NCBI GenBank assembly: GCA_013265495.1
Contig: MU059126.1
Location: 7,058,349-7,122,348, forward strand
From: Vicugna vicugna
Taxonomy: Eukaryota
Reading direction: 5' to 3'
Length of the DNA: 64,000 nt
In this document: piece by piece, positions 1 to 11,404 of the stretch
How the letters are laid out: the number at the start of each line of letters is the position of its first letter
Numbering within the stretch: position 1 is the first letter of the stretch
Notes under the pieces: generated by a model
What the model was told of the DNA's origin: nothing
The model's input: the letters and a program-made list of their open reading frames with translations, nothing else
Databases searched by the model: none
Translations under genes and position numbers: made by a program

Positions 1-136
1 TTCGTATGGAGACGTCTTCGCTGCTTCCAAGTTCAACAGCCTCATCTTGCATCCAAGATGAATGGGCATCTTATTCTTAGTTGGACAGATTCGTAAATTT
101 CCGACTGACCTTACATCAGGAAGAGGGGGAGCAACT
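1..136 (-). other. TMCC1: 5' part of a spliced exon (continues beyond window start); probable UTR portion of the first coding exon
   Basis: Strong acceptor on minus strand: GTATTTTCCCTTTTCTGTTTAG|AGTTGCTCC (AG = 137-138). One frame is open over all 136 nt. If the ATG starts at position 1, the UTR length would match my recalled TMCC1 exon. Confidence 0.6.
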
Positions 137-1129
137 CTAAACAGAAAAGGGAAAATACATACACACACACACAGAGGCAGTTTTGCATATATATTCATGT
201 GGAAAATAAGAAACATACATCTCCCCAATTTAATCCTCAAATTAGGAAACATAAACATTTTTACAAAAAATCTTTTAATATAACTCTTGGTGCTAGAGAA
301 GAATAAGGGTTATATACGCAATGGATGCTTTTATATATTTAGTCATTTATTCCATTATTTACTGTTACTGTGTGCTAAACACTGGGCAAAGCAGAGAACA
401 CACACTGGGAACAAGTAGATATGCTTGCCAGCTTTGTAACAGTCTGGGGTGAGGCAACCCAAGAAAAAAGGCAGACAAATACATATCTAAAAATTATGAT
501 AATGGGTGACAGTCATTGCTGAAATGGTGAGATATTTTAAGCACAAGAATTTGAAATTCAATAATTGCATCCAAATGCCCAGGATAATGAAGTCCTTTAG
601 TCGGCAATCTCAAATTGTTTCAAATGACTGATCTAACATGCACACAGAGGTTCACAGAGACATTTTAGGTTTCATAAAGGGTCCAGACACGATAATGATG
701 AGGACAACAGACATGACTAAAATAAACATAAAATGAGGGCAATGGGTGTAATGTGCTTATTTCACTATTGCACTTAAAAAAGAAAGGGCTGAATGTTTAA
801 AAATAAATGTTAATTCACTGGCAGATCCTTATTCTTTAATGAATCATAATTTTAGGCATTAGTGAGGAAATAAGCAATCTGTTCTCTATCTGGCATTGTC
901 AGTGAGGTCTTTACTACAACCAGACTGGGGTAATCAGGGTGGGATGTATGTTGCCTTATTACTGTCAGGGTCTTTTAAGTAAGTTGAGAATAGATTGTCT
1001 ATAAACACTACAGAAAAGACTAGCTGTTTTCAATTCAACACTTAAAACAGATAACATAAATGAGGTCATGCTCTGTGGGGTGTAATAGGGAGTGGTGAGG
1101 TCTGTGGCAAACTAGAGGACACAGGTCTC

Positions 1130-1350
1130 ATCTAAAAGGAACAGCTGACATAATCTGCAACTGACTGTAGCCATATGGGAAAACCATTCCAGTCTAGCCA
1201 GATCTTATACTTTTTCAATTTAGCTGGCAATCTGAATTTCTTGTTTAAGTGAAATTTCCCAGATTACAAAAATGACATCCAATGGTTTGATTTTTCATAC
1301 AGTATAAGAAAAATCAAACCCATCTGTAGGCTGGACTCAGCCCACAAGTA
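1130..1350 (+). mobile_element. ancient hAT DNA transposon fragment, MER102-like
   Basis: Core GCCAGATCTT...TTTTTCAA...AATCTGAATTT...GTGAAATTTCCC and terminal CCCATCTGTAGGCTGGACTCAGCCC resemble the recalled MER102 consensus. Subfamily is uncertain. Confidence 0.5.
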
Positions 1351-1489
1351 GAACGTGGTCTCTGCTTTACATTGTTCACAAGGAGAATCTTCATATCCAC
1401 ATTCTTGAGGCAGGGGAGTGGCCAAAGTTCTTAGAAGTCAGTGTCAAGATCCAGGCACTTCCTGGTGCTTCTGTGAGAGGCAACAGCAG

Positions 1490-1690
1490 TCAGAACAGAG
1501 AAGAACTCGAAACCTGGGTTCAAATTCTGACTTTGCAACTTACTACTTAGGTGACCTTCTGCAAATCATCAACCTCTCTAGGCCTTCCTCTCCTCATACT
1601 CAACGGGGATGACGACAGAACCTGCCTTTTAGAGGTGTTTTCAGCATTAAATGAAACCCTGCCTCTACCAGGCTTAGCAACCACATGAAA
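1490..1690 (+). mobile_element. MIR SINE
   Basis: CCTGGGTTCAAATTCTGACTTTGCAACTTACTACTTAGGTGACCTT...AACCTCTCTAGGCC...GGGGATGA matches the MIR core. Confidence 0.75.
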
Positions 1691-1691
1691 T

Positions 1692-2145
1692 ATCAGTTCT
1701 CAAACTTCCTTTTGTCTTAGAACCCTCTTAAACTCTTGGAATTTATTGTGTTTACGTGGGTTACTTCTACACGTTTTTATCATCTTAGGAATTAAAACTA
1801 AGACATTTTTAAAACACAAGATTACCCACTAGCACATATTCCACTGGCCATCAGAACACCACCATTCTAACACATCAAGTGGCCTTGGTCAAACTGTTCT
1901 GTCTACAGTCGTCCCTCGGTATCTGTGGGGGATGGGCTCCAGGACCCCCTGCAGATACCAAAATCCACAGATACTCAAGTCCCTGACATAAAATGGCATG
2001 TAGTATTGTACTCGACGGATAAACACGACAAAAGGAAAAGAACACCTTAGCGTTCTTATGAAAGTAGTTTTGACCTAGCCAAACTACAAGAATCTTGGAG
2101 ATCCCCTGGCCACTTTGATGACACTTTGAGAACCGCTGACCTGGA
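1692..2145 (+). mobile_element. hAT-Charlie-type non-autonomous DNA transposon, interrupted by MER2
   Basis: Begins CAGTTCTCAAACTT...CCCTCTTAAACTC and ends ACACTTTGAGAACCGCTG, i.e. Charlie-like terminal inverted repeats. Confidence 0.55.
1906..2006 (+). mobile_element. MER2 (TcMar-Tigger) 5' fragment
   Basis: TA|CAGTCGTCCCTCGGTATCTGTGGGGGATGGGCTCCAGGACCCCCTGCAGATACCAAAATCCACAGATACTCAAGTCCCTGACATAAAATGGC closely follows the MER2 5' end. Confidence 0.8.
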
Positions 2146-3629
2146 ACACAGCTGACGCCGGTGTATCACCTCCACCCAATCCTAGCCATGCAATTCCCAG
2201 CTGTGTGTTGCTGGTGTGTGACACAGCCTCTGAATAGTATCTTGCTTCCCTTACATCCAGAAGATGCTGGAGGAAAACGCTAAATGCCCTTTTTATGGCA
2301 TTATTATAAAGCTCTATACTACTGTCCTTTGAATATTTTAAAAGCCATGTAAATATAATGTCCTGTCTTCAACCATCCTAAACCATAACTTTTTAGTTAG
2401 TGATTTCTGTTTCACTCATTTAAAAATAGCCAAACAAGCATGCAGATGAAAACTTTTATGTGGCATTCAACTTCTGCATCATTTCCTGATAATTTTTGCA
2501 TGTTTTTGACCTTCAAACCAACTGTCCACATTAAGGAATTCAGATACCAAAAGTTGGGTATTACTGGGCACTTGAAGCCCAGACCACAAAATAAAGCTGG
2601 GATGCTTCTTACTCTATCAAAATATACTATTTTACTGGCATAATTTATACTTCACATAAATAAAGTATGTTAGCTATCTGGCTCAAGGGCAAAAATCCAA
2701 ACGCTTTGAAGCTTTTTTTTCCTGGTTACAACTAAAAAGGGTTTGCCCTTTTTCCTTTCTTCATTCAGATCCTGAATTGATAGCAAGAGAATTGGAATGA
2801 ATCACCTTCTAACTGTCACAGTTTAGCCTCGCCACTTCCCAGGTGACACTGACAAGTTGTTTCCCATCAGTTTCAGTCTAAAGAGATTCTGGAGCACAGT
2901 GGGTAAGGCAGTATTTGTAGATACTGTCATCTTGGCTGACAAAGGAGTTCACTGGAGCAAAATAAATCCCCATCTGATGTCCACTGTTCTTCGAGTCCTT
3001 CTAGTGTTTGTAAACCAGAATATAAATAAAATTGAATGAAGATTCCTGTAATCCTTTTAGTTTACAATTGATTTTACTTTTTTTTAAATAAGTCAGTGAA
3101 GTGTTTAGATTTCTCAGTATGTGGTTTAGAGAGAGAAAGTGGACTTTGGCTCAGTAAGCTTAAGGCATATTATAAAAGGATGATAATTCAATCAGTTGCT
3201 ATCCACTCCCACCCAAAACCACCATTCTTATACCGTCTTTTAAAGAACAAGGTATAGAGAAGGTTAGTTATGCAATCACCATCCCTGAGAGAATGATGAA
3301 ACAGAGAAAGCTAGCTTTCTGAAATGACTGGACCAAAGTCTTATCCAGGGTCACCTCTGAGAGATGCCAAGATTCTTTTCAGTCCCACATGATAATATGA
3401 GCACAAAAGCAAACACCAGCCCAGAACACATGTTCTCACTCAGTCATGTTTTCTGTACAATCTGTACAAAGGTACCCTTAACCAAAAATGAGGACAACAA
3501 GGATATGAATCTTGACCTAGGAGGGAAGAATCAAAAGCATATGCAAACAAAAAGCAAAAATAAAGAGTACTTAAATAAAGGCAAGTCAGAAGTGACAAAG
3601 GGTGACACTCCCAGGTCCTCTTCCCTACC

Positions 3630-3955
3630 ACAGGGACCTGCCCACCAGCCCCTCCAGGCCTGCTCCCCATTTGGGGATGGCCTATAAACAAAGAATAATT
3701 TTACATTTCTAAATGGTTGAAAACCATCAAAAGGATGGTATTTCATGATGCATGAAAATTCTATGAAGTCCAAATTTCAGTGTCCATAAATAAAGCCTCC
3801 TTGGCACACAGCCACGTCCATCCATTCGTGTGTTGCCCACGGATGCTCTCACACCAGAGCCACAGAGAAGAGCTGCTGCGACAGAGCCCGCCTGGCTCCC
3901 GGGGCCTAAAACATCTACTATCTATATTTTTACAGAAAATGCCAACACGCCCTGT
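3630..3955 (+). mobile_element. MER58B-like hAT-Charlie element
   Basis: AAGAATAATTTTACATTTCTAAATGGTTG...AAATTTCAGTGTCCATAAATAAAG...GGCACACAGCCACG...GCCTAAAACATCTACTATCT. Confidence 0.75.
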
Positions 3956-5073
3956 AAAAAAGATTTACCGATCTAGAATTCAGCTTTCCTATATGTAGAA
4001 GCTTCAGCAAGTCTTGAAGAAAAGAATGAAGTGATTTTTCTAAAGAAAAACAGTACATGTACACATCATTCCATAGTTGTTTTTCCAAATGCTGTCTAAA
4101 CTGAACAAGCAGCCACGTAAGAACACAGGATGTGCTTCATTATCCCTGTTCTGAAGATAAAACAAAAACAAAAATAAAAACAAAAACAAAAACACCCTGC
4201 AATTCTGAAAAGAAAGTTAAAAGACTTGCCAGGGTTAAAAATCAAACCAAGGGTCCTACTATCCTATCCCCAGTGGCAAGTGATGGAAACACTTTCACCG
4301 TTGATCAGTTTTGATCTAGGACTTTAATTGAGTAAAGGGAGAAAGATAAAACTCTGTAAAACCGGAGGGGTACTCCCACACCCTATGTGTGCACACAAGA
4401 ATATGCATGAATTTCTACTGTGCTGTTACTGGTCTGCATACTTTCACACCACTTTGTAGGATCTCTGAATTCAGAAAAATGAGTCATAAACGTGTACAAA
4501 AGGAAAGGAGGGCAAATCCATTTTTCTGTCATTTTAGTGCTGCAATAGAATAAAGTAGACCAACCAGACCCAAAAGTTTTAGCAGGCTTCTTATCCTTAG
4601 CTAATGACCTAGAAAACACTGTGCTTATTATAAACCTCAAGGTGGGCATGCTTTGCATTTAGGATAAACAATGTTTAGCAGCCTCAGAAAAAAAGAAAAG
4701 TATTATCATAAAAAAAACTCCTTCTATATGTAATGTTTTTTCTCTCTCAGACTAAAATAAGCCAAAGGACTGAATATAAAAAGAATATCAAGTTTTCAAT
4801 TCAGCCAAATAGAATTACGAGAGAGTAAAGAGTGCTAGCTGTCTACCTGCAGAGTATTTATAATCCCAGAATAAAAACGCTACTTATAAAATCAAATTCC
4901 GTATGAGAGAAGCAGCAAGAGCCAACAAACTTGATCCATTACTCATTTTAAGAGACAACCATGCACTGACAGGTCCTGGATTTTGACAATCGTATCAGTG
5001 GTTACCCGTGGACATGTCATATTATATACCAAGATTCTGTAAAACACAGAAAACAGAATTCGCATTCACTCAC

Positions 5074-5125
5074 CCAGAGTCGTCTACCATGTATTAGGTG
5101 CTGTGCATTTTATATTCACTCCTAG
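5074..5125 (-). other. TMCC1: small 5'-UTR exon (~48-52 nt)
   Basis: Donor CTCTGG|GTGAGT (GT = 5072-5073). Upstream TTTCTTGGTTTTATTTTGAACTGACCTGAG|CTAG| gives a pyrimidine tract, a CTGAC branch-like motif and two possible AGs, so the exon starts at 5125 or 5121. Confidence 0.55.
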
Positions 5126-5369
5126 CTCAGGTCAGTTCAAAATAAAACCAAGAAATCATTTGGATAACCATATAAAACATTCTTGAAAGCCTCTTCACAC
5201 AAGTTTATTTTTAATCACTTGATAACAACTGATTGAATACAGAAGCAACTACAGACTCCCCGGTTCTGATAGTTTTAACCTCTTATTTTGAGTCGCTGCC
5301 ATCTGAGAGAACATCCAATCACCCTCTTGCCATGGATACATAAAGAACTAAATACAGGATTGGGTGCAA

Positions 5370-5475
5370 GCCTTAATGTGTAGGTCTGGGGTGGGGCCCA
5401 AGAGCCTGCATTTCTAATAAGGTCCCAGGGGATGCCCACATGGATGGTCCATGAGCCAGACCACACCTTGACCTC
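5370..5475. mobile_element. MER5 fragment
   Basis: GGTCTGGGGTGGGGCCCAAGAGCCTGCATTTCTAATAAGGTCCCAGGGGATGC. Confidence 0.6.
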
Positions 5476-5529
5476 AAGGCTTTAATACATTCTCCTGCAG
5501 ACTTCTGCTCCCAGCAAAAGAGTTGTAAC

Positions 5530-5770
5530 TTTACCATTTGTTCAACAAATATTGTCTGAGTACCAGCCAGATGCCAGGCAACCACCCTCATCTTACACAG
5601 GCTGTTCAGGGAAGGCCTCATCAAAAAAATAAAAAATGACATTTAAGCAGACCTGAAGTTGGGGAAGAGCATGAGCCAGGCAGACGGGTGGGAGGAACAT
5701 CCCATCAAAGTGCCAAAGTCCTCAGGTGTGGACAAGCCTCCCCTGTTCAGGGAACAGTAAGGAGGCTCTC
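5530..5770 (-). mobile_element. L2 LINE 3' fragment
   Basis: CATTTGTTCAACAAATATT...TGCCAGGCA and TCAGGGAAGGCCTC...GACATTTAAGCAGACCTGAAG are typical of the L2 reverse strand. Confidence 0.65.
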
Positions 5771-5779
5771 CACACACTT

Positions 5780-6486
5780 TTTCCCTTGGCTTCTTATTTA
5801 CCACACTCGCCTGGTTTTCCTTCTGCCTCTTTCATTATTTCTTCTCAGTCAGTGGCCTTTACTAGTTTTCTCATCTTCTCTCCCTCTTAAATGTCAGAGC
5901 GCCTCAAGGCTCAGAGTTTGACTCCCTCTCTCTGCACGCACAGCCCTGGTGATGGAAGCCATTCTCCTGGATTTAAACCCCCAGTCCACATGTCCTGACC
6001 TCCGGACTCATCTCCCCATGCCGACTCCATTGGCAGGACTGCAGACATCTCCAACTTAACATGTCAATCCTCCCCTGCAAATCAGCTCCCCTCGTGGTCT
6101 TCTCCATTTCAGTAGATGGCAACTCCATTCTGCTTTTAGGTTGAAATATATAAAATTACCAGTGTTTCTTTTTTTTTGAGGGGGGAGGTCAAATAAATGG
6201 TCTTCATGTGGTTCAACCCCATTGCTCACTTCCAAAATCTGGGTCACCTCTGATTCACTTCTTTCCTTTACACCCTACATTCAATCCATCAGTAAGTACT
6301 GGCTCCATGTTCAGCATATATCCAGAATTTAACTTTTTCACCACCTTTACTGATCCGGGCCATCATCATCTCTCACCTGATGACTGTAAGCCTCTAGACT
6401 CTTCTATCTGCTTCTGTCTCTGCCCTCTTGCTGCCTATGTTCAACGCACTGGGTGAGCCTTGTAAAATATGTTCAATTGTGCCACT

Positions 6487-6521
<35 letters not shown>

Positions 6522-6600
6522 CCCCCAGACCCTCTGCAATGGCTCCCTACTTATCTCTGAGAAAAAACAACTACTTACAAAGGCCTGCATGTCCCTAAAC
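5780..6600 (+). mobile_element. L2 LINE fragment
   Basis: Pyrimidine-rich L2 motifs: CACACTCGCCTGGTTTTCCTTC, ACATCTCCAACTTAACATGTC, CATTTCAGTAGATGGCAACTCCATTC. Confidence 0.7.
6491..6518 (+). repeat. (CA)14 microsatellite
   Basis: Read directly. Confidence 0.95.
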
Positions 6601-6619
6601 CAGACCTACCCACAGAGCT

Positions 6620-6750
6620 CCTTAGAAATGCACATTCTCAGGACCCACCCCAGAGTCAATGACTCAGGAGCTCTGGGTGAGGACCAGAAATCTATGTTTT
6701 AACAAGCTCTCCAGGTGGATTCTTATGCATAGCAAAGTCTGAAGACTCCT
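6620..6750. mobile_element. MER5A DNA transposon
   Basis: AAATGCACATTCTCAGGACCCACCCCAGA...AAATCTATGTTTTAACAAGCTCTCCAGGTGGATTCTTATGCA. Confidence 0.75.
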
Positions 6751-7369
6751 GCCAGCTGGGCCTATTTCCCCTCAACCCTGGGGTCATGACCTCTTTGAGC
6801 TTATCTCCTACAACCACGTTGGAACCTATTCAAAACCCCAACCCTCGCCCTGCCAGTTCTCTTCATTCCTGCATCCTGCTCTACTTTGCCCAGAATAGGT
6901 CCTGGAGCATAGTAGGAGCTCAGCAACTATTTGGAGAATCAATGAATGAACGGAGGCAGTGTGGCTGAAGCTCATGCATAAAGGGGAGACAGAAACTAAG
7001 GACTAAGGGTCAGATTGTGCAGGGCCTTGTACAGGCTGGAGACTAGCATCCAGATAGCCCCTGAAAATGTCCTAAGGAAATGGACAAGTGGTAGACCCTC
7101 ACTCTTCCTGACTAATTCAGAAAGCTCTGGAGGAAATGTCTCCAGGCCAGGCAGTTGACTCACAAGTGCACCCCCCTACTCAGAGCTATAACGCTTCCTT
7201 TCCTATAGGGACATACCCAGAGACTGCCAGACCTTATAGTTCTCATCCATAACGCCCTCCCTGCAGGTCTAACTCACATGGCCAGGAGCCAGGTGATATG
7301 CCTCCAACTGTGAGCTGCAGACCCCTTGGTAAGTCACAGTTAGAGCAGAGGTCCCTGAGCCGGGCACAA

Positions 7370-7640
7370 GTCCACAGGCATGGCTTACTGGGCCACCAGG
7401 TATTTAATTAAAAATGAGGCGTTTTCACACCAAAATCTGGATTTCTGGTTTCTCTGGATAAAACAGATCTGGCAACAATGAACCACTTTCTAGTGGGCCA
7501 GCAGGTGGCAAAGCTGAGAACCAGCTTCCCACTTTTGATGGGACACTTGCTCTTCATTTTGCCACGTTCCCACCACTTCTTACTCTGACAATGACAACTG
7601 GCCTGATTTACTCATTAATCTGCTTGACTCCTGAAGGCAT
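7370..7640 (-). mobile_element. MER102-like hAT element (reverse orientation)
   Basis: TTTTCACACCAAAATCTGGATTTCTGGTTTCTCTGG...AGATCTGGCAAC and GGCATTTAAGTTGGCAAACCCTG. Reverse complement of the family seen at 1130-1350. Confidence 0.55.
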
Positions 7641-7924
7641 TTAAGTTGGCAAACCCTGCCTTAGTCTTTCACGCTCCACATTCCTGGAGGTAGTTCCAAA
7701 TCTGATGGAATGGTGCTGGCATAAATGAGTTTAGAGTAAGCCACGCTCAGTGAACAACCTCCTAAGATGTAGGCGAGTAAATAAAATAAATTGATGTAAA
7801 CTTTTAAAAGGTACATAAATGTTCATCCAGCAATTTACACTTTCAAGAATTTTTCCTAAGGAAATCACCGGATATAGGGGCAAAGATTTAAGGACAAAGA
7901 TGTCCAACAAAGCATTACCTAGAA

Positions 7925-8135
7925 CAAAGTAGGCAAATTACTACCAAGGGCCCACCACCCGTTTTAGTAAATAAAGTTTTACTGGAACACAGCCATGGCC
8001 ATTCATTTACATACAGTCTACGACTGCTTTCAAGCTATGACAGTACTACAACAGAGCTGAGTGACAGCTCTTAAATCCCCCAAAGCCTAAAATGCTGACT
8101 ATCTGGCCCTTTATACAGAAAGCGTGCCAACCATT
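7925..8135 (+). mobile_element. MER58A DNA transposon
   Basis: GTAAATAAAGTTTTACTGGAACACAGCCATGGCCATTCATTTAC...GCCTAAAATGCTGACTATCTGGCCCTTTATACAGAAAG. Confidence 0.8.
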
Positions 8136-8249
8136 AATCTCTAATAACAAATATTTAACAGCAGGCAATGCATTAAATTAATTACGAGGTGGCCGTGTAA
8201 GTTCAAGATTTCCCAACTTCAGCACTATGGACCCCATGGCCAGGTGCCA

Positions 8250-8412
8250 GGTACTCTGTTATGGGATTGCCCATGGATTGTAGGATGTTTAGCAGCATCC
8301 TTGGCCTCTGCCCAGTAGATGCCAGTAGCACCCTTCCCACACCAGTTCTGACAACCAAAAACATCTCTAAATGTCCTGGGCTGGGGAGGAATTGCTCCCA
8401 GTTGAGAACTGC
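8250..8412 (-). mobile_element. MER20 DNA transposon
   Basis: TGTAGGATGTTTAGCAGCATCCTTGGCCTCTGCCCAGTAGATGCCAGTAGCACC...CCCAGTTGAGAACTG. Confidence 0.85.
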
Positions 8413-8447
8413 ATACAGATGGATACAGTGCAGTCAATGAAATCCAT

Positions 8448-9336
8448 TTTTTTTAATTGAAGTATAGTTGATTTACAATGTTGTATTAGTTTCTGGTGTA
8501 CAGCATAGTGATTCAGTTATACATATATATATATATTCTTTTTCATATTTTTTATTATAGGTTATTACAAGATATTGAATATAGTTTCCTGCACTATACT
8601 GTAGGACCTCACTGTTTATCTGTTTTATATAGAGTAGTTAGTATCTGTAAATTCCAAACTTACAATTTATCCCCTCACTCTTTCTCCTTTGGTAACCATA
8701 AATTTGTTTTCTGTGTCTGTGAGTTTCTTTCTGTTTTGTTAAGTAAATTCATTTGTCATTGTTTTAGATTCCACATATATGTGATTTATCATCATATGAT
8801 ATTTATCTTTCTCTGTCTGACTTACTTCACTTACTATCATAATCTCTAAGTCCATCCTTGTTGCTGCAAATTGCATTTCATTCTTTTTATGGCTCAGTAG
8901 TATTCCACTGTGTGTGTATGTGTATATATATAATCACATCTTCTTTGTTCAACCATCTGTCAATGTCAATGTCTTGCTATTGTAAATAGAGCTGCTAAGA
9001 ACATGGGGGTGCATGTATCTTTTTGAATTAGAGTTTTCTCTGGATATATGCCTAGGAGTGCGATTGCTAGATCATACAGTAACTCTATTTTTAGTTTTTT
9101 TAAGGAATCTCCACACTGTCTTCCACAGTGGCTGCACCAAATTACACTCCCACCAAGAGTGTAGGAGGGTTCCCATCTTTCCACACCTTCTTTGGCANNN
9201 NNNNNNNNNNNNNNNNNNNNNNNNNNNNNNNNNNNNNNNNNNNNNNNNNNNNNNNNNNNNNNNNNNNNNNNNNNNNNNNNNNNNNNNNNNNNNNNNNNNN
9301 NNNNNNNNNNNNNNNNNNNNNNNNNNNNNNNNNNCT
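8448..9336 (-). mobile_element. 5'-truncated cetartiodactyl/camelid L1 with target-site duplication (5' part in N-gap)
   Basis: Poly-T, then TTAATTGAAGTATAGTTGATTTACAATGTTG... (L1 3'UTR), then ORF2-end sequence. Flanked by AATGAAATCCAT (8436-8447) and AATGCAATCCAT (9337-9348). Confidence 0.9.
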
Positions 9337-10729
9337 AATGCAATCCATAGTTTATGAAACTATTTCATGAGGGGGAAAGGTCATCATGTAAGTAGGAACA
9401 CAAAGCAGGTTAGAATCACTACGTACACTGTGACCCTAAGTTGACCTAAAAATGCTGTTTATACATATGCATAGATGAAAAAGACCTATTACAAATCATT
9501 CAGCCAAAGTGTTCATCATGACTCTCTCAGAATGATTAAATTATAGGTGACTGTTACTTCATTATTATGACATTACTTTTTAATAAGTTCTACAATGCAT
9601 ATAGCACTAATTCTGTCATTTTAATAAATCTATAAATTCCACAAAAATTAAAGTCTCTGGATCAGGACAAATCAAAATATACTCGGACAGAATTCCTCTA
9701 CTGAAAATTCTGCACACCACAAACCCATGAAGTTGTTACAGAATGATGAAATCTGCTTCGTTTCAACTTTCTTTAAATATTTGAGCAGACAAAGAGGACC
9801 CTCTTATTTAGGAAATTTTTGGTCTAACATTCAAGCTCAGGCAGTTTGAGCTTGTATAGTGTTTGACACATTTTTTATGGTTTTGTAAAAGGCCACAATT
9901 ACGTGGTTCAGTGGTGACCTTACAATAATAGCTCATTGTGAGGACCCTCCCGTCTTCCCCCCTCCTGATGGCAGTGGTGAGCGCAGCATTCCACGTGCTG
10001 TAACTTTTTCACGCGCCCCAGTTTAGCACTGCCTCAGAATGGCAGACGCCTTTTTGTTTTGGCATCCCTCCCGCCCAAAATGCCCCCATTGTTTGCAGTT
10101 TATCGGGTATTAGAGATCATTATAGCACAGGCAGCAAAACTGCTTTTCACAAGGGCAGACACTCTTAAGAAACTGGCAGGGGTCAAGTTTGTCAGAGATG
10201 AAAACATTGCTCTGGGCCTAAGCAAAAGGTCAGATGGAAAGGAGAACTGAATGCTGCTGGTCTGAAGGTCAAGTCCACACGAGCTGAAAACTGGCAAAAA
10301 ACAGCCGCCTGTTAAAAACACGGACTTCAGGGCCTAGATCATGAGACTGAGGGGTCCTCCCAGTTTTTGAGGAAATGCGTGATCTTGGGTAATTTCTAAC
10401 ACTGACATGATGATGAAATTCCAGTTTGGGAATGAACAACCCCACCAATAACAGGAGCCGCTCATGAGCGCTCTCTGACTGTGCAGGTGCCATGCTGAGC
10501 GTTTTACTCAGAACAACCCAGCCACCCGTTCAACCAGCATTTACGAAGGCACTGGGGACAGAGCAGCCACTCAAGCAGACCTTCAGATCTGACAAAAGCC
10601 ATACGATATTGGGGAAGTGGACACACACATGATGGAGACAAACCAACAAAGAAAGAACTTCACGCAGTGACATGAGTACAATACAGAAAAGCAAAAAAAA
10701 AAAAAAAAAGAAAGCCACTGGAAGAGAAG

Positions 10730-11150
10730 AAGGCTACTCCATGGTGGGGACATTCCAGCTGAAACCTGAATGATGGGAAGAAGCCAGGTATGCTGAGAAC
10801 CACAGGAGCTTAAATCCTGAGCTGGAAGCAGCTGGGCATCTCAGAGGAACAAGAGTGGTGTCAATAATCAAGCCAGCAAGGCTGGAGTTGGGACCAGGGC
10901 AGCGCGTGAACTGAGAGAGGAGGCAGGGCCAGAGGTTACGGTGCTTTGTAGACCTCGGAAAGGAATTTGATCTTTCTTCTCTGCTGCTTGTGAGAAGCCT
11001 TTGGGAGGTTTTAAGCAGAGAAGTGACACGATCTGCTGAACATGTGTAAAACATCACTCTGGGGTCGATGTGGATGGGAAGGAACAGTGGACACACGAGG
11101 GACAATGAGGAGGCTCCTGCTGCCACATCCATGAGAGGTGATGATGTCTT
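10730..11150 (-). mobile_element. L2 LINE fragment
   Basis: GGGAGGTTTTAAGCAGAGAAGTGACACGATCTG...AAAACATCACTCTGG is a typical L2 reverse motif. Confidence 0.7.
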
Positions 11151-11404
11151 GTACTGAAATATTAAGATGCTGTTGGATAAGAGATACAAGCTGCTATCTC
11201 TTGTCTCTGGTGGCTTCTTGGCTTACATCAAACCTAATTTAAGAAGAGCACATACGTGAAAAGACTTTCTTACACAATGCTCTGAAATGTCTCACATCAC
11301 CACCAAGAAGTAATTATAAATGCCGTACATGGGTGTAAAATACCCCTTGGCTACCCGCTCAGGGCACACAAGCTAAGCGTACAGGCAACCGTCAGAATGC
11401 AATG

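Noticed and set aside
5054-5064. CAGAATTCGCA, resembling part of the reverse complement of the CPEB3 HDV-like ribozyme
   Set aside because: Only 11 nt match; the rest of the ribozyme is absent.
8496-9370. ORFs of 68-117 aa (e.g. MYSIVIQL..., [12 protein letters not shown]...)
   Set aside because: They lie inside the L1 remnant or run through the N-gap. The MERWEPSY... ORF is decayed L1 ORF2 C-terminus, not a host gene.
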